Of a stretch of 38,258 nucleotides of DNA, positions 23,032 to 33,500 are shown in pieces. The notes beneath the pieces are model-generated. The model was given only the letters and a program-made list of their open reading frames with translations, was not told the DNA's origin and made no database searches. The stretch is from a virus. Lineage: Duplodnaviria; Caudoviricetes. How positions within the stretch are numbered: the first letter of the stretch is position 1; every line of letters begins with the position of its first letter. Where the stretch lies: positions 1 through 38,258 of the IMG/VR virus record IMGVR_UViG_3300033512_000657; one strand, given 5' to 3'. The position numbers and the translations under genes are program-made.

Positions 23032-23233
23032 GGGGTTTTATGTAACACATTTAAAATAATCTTTTGGCTTTTTACTTGTTCGATACTCATCCCGAGATCT
23101 AGTCTTTCAATTCCATTTTCTTGCTTTGTATCTTGGAGAGCGGTCACATTTTACTTTTTCTATGGCTTGGGCCTCTCCCAATGAGTGTCTCAATATGTCT
23201 AGGTTCTTTTCTTCTTTCTTGAAGAACTCTTCA

Positions 23234-23908
23234 TTAAAATGGCAGGTCATCTTCTTTCACAAGATGGCTCCCATATATCTTTTCTGCGAACCGTGTAGTT
23301 TGCAAATCATCAATAAATTCTTTTGCTTGTTCTTTCGATAGGTCTTTTGAGGATTCAACATCATATTTTTTCTTCAAATACATCTTTCTTTGTTCTTCCG
23401 TCAGCCCTGTTTTTCCCCACAATGATGCAGCAAATGCAACCTGCTTTTCTGAAATCATTCATGGATTTTGATGATCAGTTGATGGCATATTGGATACGTA
23501 TTTATGTTGTTCATTCTTTGCGTCCGTACTTTCTATTTTTCAAATCATTCGCTGATAAATAATATCCGCAGATATCTCCAATCAGTCTACTTCAATTTTT
23601 CATCAAACAACCAAATCTTTTGCGTAACTCATGGCGAATGAAATGAAATCGATCTTTGGATTTCTTGCTTGATACGATCATCACTTTTGAGAAAATGATC
23701 ATGCCTTCTGAATTTTTTTGATAACCTTTCCATACTTCCCATCGGAAATATCATACTCAAATTCCATTCACTCATTGATTCCGTCAGGTTTTGTGCTGTT
23801 GATTTTTCATTTGTCTCCGTTTTCCATTTCGATCTCGAAAGAAAACATAGTTCAATTTTGTCATTTCCACTCACTAGTGGAATGGATTTTCTTCACTTTG
23901 CTTTGCAT
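23234..23908 (-). CDS. single-stranded DNA-binding protein (putative)
   Basis: 224 aa; N-terminal WKGQNGTMFSFEIEMENGDKG beta-domain, C-terminal EDDLPF tail. Confidence 0.65.
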
Positions 23909-24010
23909 AGTTGCGATTGTTAAGAATAAAGAGTTTTGTAATCCTGTATCTTTGGTTGTGCCGTACTCGTCACACTTCGCGATGAAGTGATACTTTGTTA
24001 CGTTGATACA

Positions 24011-24544
24011 TTATTGATTTCGATATGGATATCAAGAGGAAGTTTGTGGAATCTTTTTCGAGAACTTTTCGTAGAGATCTTTGTGTCGTTTAGAGCTTAT
24101 TTCACAGATGTATCAAAATTTTTCTCACATTCATTGTTTAAGTTTTGCCATGTAAGACAATCAAACTACTATAATATTTTCTCCGTTTTCTAGTTCTGTG
24201 AAGGAAACAACTTGGTAATCTCAAACCATATCGTCAAATCTTTTGTCTTTCCTTGCAAGGTTTTGGTTCTCATCAATTTCTTTTTTCTTGCGGAAGTTGT
24301 AAATATCGAAAGACATTTTTCTTGATGGGGCAAGTATCTTCTCGGAAAAAAGATCATGGAGTTCGGTTCTAGGTAGAGTGAAAAATTCCATAATAATCCT
24401 CCCAAAGGATTCCCTGTTTTCCTCAAATATTTGTCTGTATGCTTCCCGTCACATGTTGCAAGCCTCTTCAATGAAAATGACAATATCATTGAGCCTTTCT
24501 CCTGTAGGTTTGAATTTTTTCTCTAATTCTTTTGCTTCGATCAT
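24011..24544 (-). CDS. hypothetical protein
   Basis: 177 aa open with TGA=Gly. Confidence 0.6.
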
Positions 24545-24548
24545 TTTT

Positions 24549-24833
24549 TTATTGTAATGTAGGTAAAGTTGGACGACAGTATGGATCAATTCCTAATTGT
24601 TTTTTCTCTTCGTTCTGCTTTGCTAGCCTCTCCATAAGATCCATGGTCTTCCTCTCGTCTGAGTTTGCTTCTTTTTTGTATATCCTTTTTATATTCGAAA
24701 CATTCTCGTGCCTTCATTTCTCGACCTCTATAAATTTTGATCAATTTTGGAGAAGATCCATAAGTGGTTCGTATTTCTCGATCGGGGCAAAGAAACACCG
24801 ATCGTCGAAAGTTTCAATCTTAGTAAATCGCAT
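24549..24833 (-). CDS. hypothetical protein
   Basis: 94 aa open with TGA=Gly. Confidence 0.5.
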
Positions 24834-24858
24834 AGGTCATTTTTTAAAGAATAAAGGA

Positions 24859-25647
24859 CTATTTTTTTGAAAAGCTTCGGCTATCCGCAGGAAAAGAAAC
24901 AACAACAGGAGGTTTATTCACCGATTGTTTGCATATTTGCATAAGCTCCGCCAATCCGAAGTATATTTTTTTTGGTGATCCGATCTTGTGGGAATGGTAT
25001 TGATTCTCGGAAATTATTTTTAAGACAGATTCAAGCACCTGTTGCCAGGAAAATTTTCCCGCGACGACTGTGTCTACATTCTTTAATTTTCAAATTAAAT
25101 TTTTAGAATAGATCCTTTGCTCTTTTTGGGAATCTCAACAAATACCGCTATTGTATTTTTTTATGATTTCAATTGCTTCATTTATTTCAGGATCTCCGTA
25201 CACGGCTTTTGCTTCTACGGTAGTAGAAGTATCTTCATTTGTATTATTAATATTTGTAATATTATTACTTATACTATTATGTGGAGATTTTTGTATATAG
25301 GGGTCTCCCTTTTTTTCTCCATAGGGGTCTACACATTTTTGTACATAGCTATCCTTTTTTTTCTCCACACTATCCCTTCATTTTGATATTGATATTTTCC
25401 TGCTATTCCCGTTATCTTTCGATATTTCCACTTCTATGTATCAGCTTTTTTCAAGAGAACAGACATTCACAGAAACCGTCTTTCATGTACATCAAAGACA
25501 CTCTGCAATATATTTGTTTGATGCTCGGCAAAATCACTTTTCGGCACAAAGACTTGAAATGTAACAAAACAGCAACTTCTGCTTATCCGAAAGTTCTTTG
25601 TCAAACATCACAGTGTTTGGCATTATCCCGTATCACTTTTCGATCAT
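24859..25647 (-). CDS. replication initiator protein (N-terminal HTH)
   Basis: 262 aa; IMPNTVMFDKELSDKQKLLFCYISSLCAEKGFC[W]ASNKYIAECLG; internal repeats and N/I/T-rich linker. Confidence 0.85.
25287..25367. repeat. iteron-like repeats, putative replication origin
   Basis: ATAGGGGTCT x2, ATTTTTGTAyATAG x2, CC(T)nCTCCA x2 inside initiator gene. Confidence 0.55.
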
Positions 25648-25666
25648 GTGGCTTTTACAAAAAAAT

Positions 25667-25810
25667 AAAAAAAACCCTTAAGAGCGTCGAAACAACTTAA
25701 GAGTTCTCTATTGCATACCTTTTCAGGTTTCAGTTCTCAGTGTCCTTTCGGTTTTACACTGGCACAAGTGCTTTCAATTTATGCAATACAAAAGGAATTC
25801 GACGCTTTTG
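25667..25810 (-). promoter_or_regulatory. structured leader/attenuator upstream of replication gene
   Basis: terminator AACTCTTAAG/CTTAAGGGTT+U-tract competing with AGCGTCGAA/TTCGACGCT pairing; internal TATTGCATA/TATGCAATA and CAGTGT/ACACTG helices. Confidence 0.6.
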
Positions 25811-25819
25811 ATTACAAAT

Positions 25820-25847
25820 ACTATACAAAAACACGATCGAATTTCAA
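25820..25847 (-). promoter_or_regulatory. putative early promoter
   Basis: TTGAAA-16nt-TATAGT just upstream of the structured leader. Confidence 0.55.
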
Positions 25848-25865
25848 GTGATTTTTTCGATAACA

Positions 25866-25895
25866 TAAAAACCTCGGGTATTAGGCGAGGCTTTC
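25866..25895 (-). terminator. intrinsic terminator after endolysin
   Basis: GCCTCG-CCTAATACC-CGAGGT-TTTT. Confidence 0.55.
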
Positions 25896-25942
25896 ATGTC
25901 TTTATTCTTTATCTCCGTAGCCTTACAATAATCAATCTCGCT

Positions 25943-26473
25943 CTATTTTCAAGAGAAATATTTCTTTCTGAACTCAACAAAAGATTTGATTCATCTCTCT
26001 CATCGGAAATTTCTATGTATATCGACCTTCCTAGAAGAACTAACGCCATCCCGTAATCTTTTTGACCTAGAACCAGTCCAAACGATAGAAGCATGCGTTA
26101 AAATATTTTCCTCTGGTATTTTGTACACGTTTTGGAGATGTTTTACAAGCTCTATCGTTCTGTCGAATTGTATATCAGTAAAAGTATCGACTCATTCTAC
26201 TTCGATACCCAAAGAATATCTATTCATCAATCTCAAATCTCATCGATGAGATTCTCAAGCGTGCCAAGTGATTTGATGTGGCTCTGCGAGTTTATAAGTA
26301 AGTCATTTTGGATCAATGTAGAAATGGCAACTAACTTTTCAAACTTTTCATAACAGACGATCAATGTTTCACTTTGTCCCCATACTTCATGTGCTGTGCA
26401 AAATGATGTATTCGATGGTGTTTTTACCATACGAAATGTTTTTAGTTTTTAGGGTTTTGTCTCGCTGGAACAT
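25943..26473 (-). CDS. endolysin, N-acetylmuramoyl-L-alanine amidase (Amidase_2)
   Basis: 176 aa; YIILHST, VSCHFYI, TWHAGESH[W]G, NRYSLGIEVEG, NILTHA, RKVD. Confidence 0.92.
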
Positions 26474-26486
26474 TTTGGTTTTTTTT

Positions 26487-26579
26487 GAAAATAAAAGGGC
26501 ATTGGAATCACCCAATACCCTCTTGCAAGATGCCCAGCAAAGGCATCGATTTGGTATCGATAGTTTTGGGCGATTCAAG
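26487..26579 (-). promoter_or_regulatory. terminator/antiterminator leader upstream of endolysin
   Basis: AGGGTATTGG/CCAATGCCCT+TTTATTTT terminator; upstream GAATCGCCCAA complementary to TTGGGTGATTC. Confidence 0.55.
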
Positions 26580-26584
26580 GTTTT

Positions 26585-26953
26585 CTATCTTTGTGTAACA
26601 ACTTTTGCTATCGTGAGAACTCAAACAGGAGTAGAGTGCTGTGAAGATTCAGATCGAACGACCTTGCAGTCATACGAAAAATCTCACAATCACAATGTCT
26701 CTGTATCCGTCGGTGTTATCGATACCGTGAATTTTCATTCAAGTGGAGTTACGTCAGTAATAGTTTTTGTAAGCAAAGCATTTGTATCAGTTACATCTAT
26801 TTCTTCAATATCTATCGCTTTCTTCACTGTGAAATAAATCGTAGCACCAGTCAAGTCAATTGCTTGGTCCTCTGAATTTGTGAGTGTGAAAAAAATATTT
26901 TTTGAGTTTCCTAGTTTCACAAGTATCGACTCTAATCACTCTTTTTTTATCAT
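26585..26953 (-). CDS. BppU N-terminal-like virion protein
   Basis: 122 aa; IDLTGATIYFTVKK..GKFTVSITPTDT..GDFSYD. Confidence 0.7.
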
Positions 26954-27219
26954 TTCGTCTTTTTATCTCATAAATCTTCAATCATTTCCGATTCCTGATC
27001 TCTTACATACTTCTTGAATCACGCTAGGAAGGCTATTCAAAATCAAGAAACAAAAGCTGATATCACAGCCTTAAAAGAGAATTCACCTCATGTGAGCAAC
27101 ATCTCTATTCATGAAATGAATGCAATGATCAATGTTGCTATTTGAGAAACAAAGAATATTTCTATTGCCCTCCCCTGAGCTTTTGAGATATATCACTTTT
27201 CAATAAGCTTTCAGACCAT
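26947..27219 (-). CDS. putative holin
   Basis: 90 aa, two hydrophobic segments, charged C-terminus, near endolysin. Confidence 0.6.
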
Positions 27220-27241
27220 TCTTTTTATTAGTGAATAAAAA

Positions 27242-27475
27242 TTATAATACGTCTGGAGATACTTCTTGTATGCACTCTACAGTGTGTTTGATGGCATCCC
27301 TGATATCATCCTCAAACACAACCGAAACCTGTATCATAGATTCCAATGTAGAAATAAACCTTTCATCTCCTGGAGCTATTTGTTCAATTATCGTCTTTGC
27401 CGCCTTTAAGTGGTCGGTAACCATCCTAGAAAGGTCTGCTTTTCTTCAAAGATCTTCGTTCAATTGTGATACCAT
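27242..27475 (-). CDS. hypothetical protein
   Basis: 77 aa with TGA=Gly. Confidence 0.55.
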
Positions 27476-27542
27476 AATTTTGATAGAGAATAAAAGCAAT
27501 ATCGCGCATTATTCCTTTTCAGATTATGTTTTGATTTTCAGA

Positions 27543-27812
27543 TTACATCGCTTCGATCGTATTCCTTATCCGTTGGATATCGGTTTGAATTTTTGCAAGA
27601 ACGATATCATTCCCTGCAATTTTTTGTTTGAGGTTTTCTATCTCTATTTTGTTCGCAAAATCTTCTTTTATATGATCATCGATTTTTTTCATCGATAAAT
27701 CAATTTGGGATTTGTATCCCCTTAATATCCGAGTTTGTGATATTATGAATCAAACGATGGTGACCGCAGTTCATATTGTTAATTGGATTTCCGTTAATTC
27801 CATTGTTCCCAT
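27543..27812 (-). CDS. single-TM coiled-coil protein (holin/lysis-associated-like)
   Basis: N-terminal TM; C-terminal LAKIQTDIQ[CGG=W]IR. Confidence 0.55.
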
Positions 27813-27855
27813 CGTTTAGTATTAAATCATAGGCACGAATTGTGAACCAGTGCGG

Positions 27856-29073
27856 TTAATTACTCAATTGTGATCGAATAGTTCAAGATGCACATCCTCG
27901 GAAAAGTCCTCAACTCAACGCCAAAGCTCCAGTTGTACATGAAACAATATCTGTTGAAACTCCAGTCATATATTTGAAACCATTCCCATCATAGGCATTT
28001 GAAAGGATGTTCAAGCCACTACAGTTGAAACAAGCGTATGGGTCTAGTGACATATTTCAATTTGGAGTGATAAGCAAAGTTTTCCACATAGTGCTTATCG
28101 TTGACGTTGGGTTGATCCACTTTCGGACGATAGAATCAACGATATTTTTGAAGTAAGGAATCGCTGTGAGCATATTCGTTCCTGTGAATCCGTTAGCAGT
28201 GTTTCCTGTGAAAATATTGAGGTCAAAAAGTAAGTTATGGATCAAAGAATCAACTCATGTTGTATTATTTGATATAACATTACTAACAAATCTATTTCCA
28301 GTGTTTAGATCATAGATAAACCCTCATACTACATTGTTTGTGAATGTATTGTATTTGAAAAAAATTCCTGTCGATGAAGCATTGTCTGTTTGCAAGAAAA
28401 AACCTCAAAGATCCGCTCCACTTACAAAATTATTTGTAACAATAATATTTGAGATATTTTGTGTTGCATCCCAAGCCTGTAAATCGATACCATAATCGTT
28501 ATTCAATATTGAATTATTGTTGATTGTTACGTTCGCAATATTTCATGACGAGTTGGAGGAGTCGTCAGAAAGAACAACGATACCATCCGTGCTTTTCCCG
28601 TAGTATCAAGAAAGATTGTAAGCTCAATCAATATCCAATCCATCAACAATGATATTTCTACTTTGTCCATATATTACCATACTTGCACCTGATGCAATTG
28701 TTCAAGTAGTCGCTGTATACTGAAACAAGTTTGCGTTGTTGTGTTGTCAAACAACAGCAATACAAGTACCTGATATACCTTTTGAAGAGGTAATCTTGTG
28801 GTCCCCAGAAAGAAGAACGTAAACTTTATTTGATGTTTTCAATCTTCCAAGTGCTGCAAAAGCAGTACCAGGCTTTACACGAACAACAGACATTGCGGAT
28901 TTTGTACATCCGGTTCCTATCCAATTGTCGTCGTAAGTAGAATCTACACCATAAATTCTTTCGATAATTTGCGTGTTTGTTGGATTTGCTGTCCAAAAGT
29001 CTGTGTCTAGATATAAACCATGTGTTGCTCAGATAGCAAACAAAGAAATAATAAATCATAGAATTTTTTTCAT
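27856..29073 (-). CDS. secreted right-handed beta-helix protein (paralogue 2)
   Basis: 405 aa; signal peptide MKKILGFIISLFAIGATHG; YLDTDFWTANP..QIIERIYG..YDDNW domain; beta-helix repeats. Confidence 0.75.
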
Positions 29074-29137
29074 GTATTTTTTGTGAAAAATTAAAATCTT
29101 GGACATTATTTATTTTTATTTTCTCCAAATTCAATCC

Positions 29138-29386
29138 CTACTTTCTTCAATTTCATCATTTTGTGTGATTCGTCATATCCATTCATACTTTATTTTTGTA
29201 ATAATCTATCCAGTATTTTTCCTCCTCATCTCACATTTCAGAGTCAACAGTTGCAAGAACTCTAAAAAGCAGGTTACTGTTTTTTCTTGAATGCTCCCTT
29301 ATTCTTTCCGACAATCTCTTTGTTCTTCAAACGTATTTGCACTCTTCATACTCGTCAAAAAGTCAATAAATATGTGTATGATTCAT
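29138..29386 (-). CDS. small GIY-YIG nuclease
   Basis: HIYGL..KYVGRT..RIREH..EEKYWIDYY..MTNHTKGG; 82 aa. Confidence 0.8.
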
Positions 29387-29402
29387 GTTTTTTAAGTAAA
29401 GG

Positions 29403-31274
29403 CTAAACTTCAACTCATTGTTTGATTACTATGTCGGCTATTTTTAAACCAGGGAAAGTAGAATTGTTAACAATAAAGAATGATGACGTTGTAATTGTAT
29501 TATCCGTATAAGTTCAAACAGATGTATAATTTGTATATATTCATCATTTCACATAAACCGAGAATAATCATTGATTCGTCCTAGTTATTTTAATATCATA
29601 ATAATTTGTATTTGCTAATGGGATTAAAAAAAGTTGTGTTTGTACTCAAGATACAATTTTATAAAGTCAAAGTCATAACGTGCCATGATACAAACCATAT
29701 CAATTGTTTGATGACAAAATTGTTCTATCATTCATAAAATATATACCGCATTCTGAATTATTAGAAGCATGTAGTGCAAATTCCCAAGTTCAATACGCCT
29801 GTTTGCTTTGATATGATATCGTTCAGACAACTGTGTTTTGTAAATACTTTTGTCATTTCTTTATTATAGAGTTTCATGCTGTTTCGGTTACTAATTTATA
29901 ACTTCAAGTTCAAGCTATCCACCCAGTAGGAACAACAGTATTTCAATCAGCTTTATCGTATGCAAATGTTTCTTTAAATACTATTTGTCTTGCCCATTTG
30001 TTATAATCGCTATTAAGTTTTGAGTCTGCAAGTATTTGATTGTATAGTTTTACACTTTGGATATTTCAATCAAAGTCAATAGCTAAATCTGCTCTGTTTC
30101 ATATGTACAAACTTCAATCAGAATCTGTCACAAAACTCCAAGCTCAAACTATGGTTGATGTCAGTGTTTGTGTAACTCAATTTATTTTAATAATAGGTAC
30201 ATTTCAAGAAGAACTTGAGTTATATGTAAGCTGTACATAGACTTTTTTTCATAGAGTTATAGAGTTAATAGGTGTTTCCCATTGGCTGTAATTTGGGTTG
30301 CCTCTATATATTATAAATTTTAAAGAGTTGCCAGCTTCCATTCAGAAAAACCATCAAGACACTGTTGTTGTTTTTTTAGCGACCACACATCATGCACTAG
30401 CTCCTCAAAGTCAAACAGGTGTAAATTCCGCCTGTATTGTTCATCACGATTGGAACATATCATTTATTCCAGTTCATGGAGCAACGCTATAGAAAACATT
30501 GGCTCAGTCTTTGAAATTTACACCCTCGATTGTTGGCGAAACAACTCAAGAGCTTTTAGTCATATTTTTACTATTCCCACTAATATCCACGAGAGTACTC
30601 CCGTTTGGTTTCATATTCCAAGCTCATACAAGTCAAGGCTCTGTAAGTGTTGTAGGTTTTGGATAAAAGATGTTTGTTTTCTTTTCTAGGAGTGGTTGGA
30701 GTTGGAGAAATCTTTTGTATTCGTTTGAAATACTGCTATTGCTTATTATGTTATCGTGTGCAACTATACTTGCACAATATCAATAAAATGGGTAATTGAA
30801 ATTTGACCTCTTAAAAAGTTTATTTATATCAATTGGGTTATTTGTTGTTGGTATATTTCATGTTCATATTAACACTCAGTCTACAAAAAAATCACATGAT
30901 TGTCAATTCCTTCTTACTGCAATAAATTGCCATTTTCATATTTTCAAACTATATGGTATTGATGCAAAATTAGCTCAGTCATTAGTATATATCCTTGTAG
31001 ATGAAAATCATAAAGCATAACTTCATGTAGAAGTTCATCATGTGAGAAAAGAATATGTAGATATTTTATATATTTTAATATATGCAATAAAAGAAAAAAC
31101 TGTTCATAATGTTACAGTATTTGATAATGTGACAAGTGGATCTGTAGAAAATGGAGTTTGTATTGCCAATCATTTATTTGTTCTAGAAAAAACACAATTA
31201 CTGTTAGTTATAACAGAGTTGTTTACTTTGTCTACCATTCAATATGTTGGGTTGAACTCAAAAACTTTGCTCAT
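29403..31274 (-). CDS. tandem LamG/concanavalin-like domain virion protein
   Basis: 623 aa (ends and junction frames checked); EPGLVGAWNMKPNGSTLVDISGN domain start. Confidence 0.75.
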
Positions 31275-31283
31275 AGATATATT

Positions 31284-31736
31284 TTAGATAAAAAAGGGTT
31301 TTTGACTTGTATAGAGTTGAGTATGTTCTGCTAGTGCCAATTCTCTATTATATAGTCTTTCCATAGATAATTGCATACTTCAATATGTTGTATTATTTAT
31401 TCATATTGTCATTGCATTGAATGCGACATCCGTTGTACTTATTATCGTAACAAATTGCCATTTATTCGCTACAAGCGTATTAGTATCGACTCAATTTATA
31501 TAAGCATTATCAAAGTCTGTATATGTCAGCGTTCAAGAATTTATATGAATAAGATTTGCATTGGCACTTCATTCTAATATTTTTACCGTTGTTGATTTTG
31601 GGTATATCCAAAAACATATTGATTTTACTGTGTAGGTTCAAGATACTACTAGTTTACTTGCAGTGCCGTTGTAATCCTCAACATAAAATGGTCATTTTCT
31701 TTTTAAAGTTACTGCTGTATTAGTGATATCAACCAT
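31284..31736 (-). CDS. LamG domain protein (C-terminal part of split gene)
   Basis: 150 aa; DYNGTASKL, SICFWIYP, NKWQFV, RLYNRELALAEHTQLY. Confidence 0.75.
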
Positions 31737-32394
31737 ATGTTTTTTTATGTTCTAAATAGTGACAACTTCTACATAATGTTATTCAGTTTTTAACATCTCG
31801 TAGTCTCTTAAATTCAATAAGATATTCTTGCGATTTTCAAATTAGATTATTTTCCACTATTATATCTTTTATTCTTTTCTTATGATGTGCCTCTATATAT
31901 CATCAACATCAACATTTTGTACATTTTTGTAAATCTCTATTAAAAACCTTTTCCCTTCGTTCTCTATATTTATATATTCATCTTATTTTATTATATGTTT
32001 TTGTTATTCATCATTTCCGATTATAACACTTTTCTCAACTTAAATTTATAGAATATCATTTTGATCTACACTTCATACTACAATAATAATTGTCTCATCT
32101 TTTATAGTCCGTTCTATTTCTGTAAATATCTTTTCAACATATAGAACATTGGCATTCTATATCTCATCATTTCCATTGTCAATTACGAGTTCATTTTGTG
32201 CTACAATCATTACAATATTTATATGTTTTCTTGGATAACTCTTTTCAGCAGTCAATACAATATGATTTTGGTTTTCTCCTATAATCACTCATACAATCTT
32301 GTGAACAAAAGTTCGTTTTTCATTCTAAACATTTTTTATTTATATATTCATTTCAACATTGCTTGCAAATATACACCTTTTCTGATTCTCTCAT
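31720..32394 (-). CDS. HNH homing endonuclease with Zn-finger repeats
   Basis: 224 aa; FCSQDC, N[W]KGG, YRE[W]REKVFNRD..CTKC..EAHH..L[W]DVKNGITLCRSCH. Confidence 0.9.
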
Positions 32395-32423
32395 ATTATA
32401 TAGTAGGATATAAAATCCTATAT

Positions 32424-32451
32424 ATTATATATGTTTATTTATGGGTTTCAA
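32424..32451 (-). promoter_or_regulatory. promoter of HNH gene
   Basis: TTGAAA-16nt-TATAAT, followed by TAGGAT/ATCCTA hairpin before ATG. Confidence 0.6.
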
Positions 32452-33128
32452 GTTATTATTCAACTTCTACTATCAATATCAAATACAAGTCAGTTTCTTA
32501 TGTCTTTGTAGGTAGAGTTGTTATATAGATTGGCTATTTCCTGGTCAGTAAATGTCTTTGGAAAAAACTCTACAATTTCAAAGATTCAGGTATTAGCTAT
32601 GTAAGATCAAAGCCCATTATAAGCATTACCTATCCTTGCATTTTTACTTGATATCACAGGGCAAGAAGTCAAAATAGTTCAGGTAAAGCCAAGTGTCTGC
32701 TTTACTCAGTTTATGTAAAGAATTGCTTTTGTTGCGTTTGTCGCTTGTGAACCGTCATAAACAAAATACATATCATATGCTCACAATCACAAAGCTATAG
32801 ATCAATATCAAGCTCATGTTTGAAAATAACACCTATTATCATTATACATTCACAAAAACACTTGTGTTGCCGAGTTAGTGACTCATTGTGAAACTGAAAA
32901 GGCTCTTGATGATGTCGTTAGAGTTCACTTTATTCTTACCGTAAATTTAGTCTTTCAAGAAAAGTCATACCCACTATTAACATAATCTCACACAACATTA
33001 TTTATAGTCATCGCTCAATTAGAAAAAGTAGGAGTTCCAACAACTGTTCCTTGCTTTCTTGTATCCTGTTCTGAATTGAAAGTGTATCTTTCGACAGGCT
33101 TTCATTGACTATAAAGTGATTCCTTCAT
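32439..33128 (-). CDS. LamG domain protein (N-terminal part of split gene)
   Basis: 229 aa; FVYDGSQ..ILYINGV..TDQEIANLY, ending at start of another module (NGLVFDIDSRSGII). Confidence 0.75.
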
Positions 33129-33483
33129 TGTTTGTAAATTGTGAAACAAAATCCTCCCAAGAGGTGTTTTCTTCGTATGTTAAAACATAGTCGATGTAAT
33201 CGTTTACAAATACTTCTACGTCAATCAAATCACTTGAAAGCATTTCTATCAGTTCTTGTTTTGACTGTGGCTTTGTTTCACTATTCATTGCGGTATCACC
33301 TAGTGTTTCAAGCCTTTTAACTTCCTCCATTACTTGAACAAAGTATTGGAATGGGTATTTACTAGTCTTAGAGAAAGCCTCCGATTCGTTTCATCGTTGT
33401 TTTAGGAACTCATAAACCTCTTGTGCTTGTTCTTGTGTTATTGGTGGAATTGGTTCTGATGGTTTTATTTTATTGAAAAGCAT
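33109..33483 (-). CDS. hypothetical protein (tail-fibre region)
   Basis: 124 aa with TGA=Gly. Confidence 0.6.
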
Positions 33484-33500
33484 AGTGTTTATTTTAGAAA

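Noticed and set aside
23038-23250. Small ORF between SSB and Gp157-like gene
   Set aside because: Start ambiguous and no motif; not confidently callable
31720-32438. Group I intron carrying the HNH
   Set aside because: Only ~45 nt of non-coding sequence and no ribozyme core recognisable
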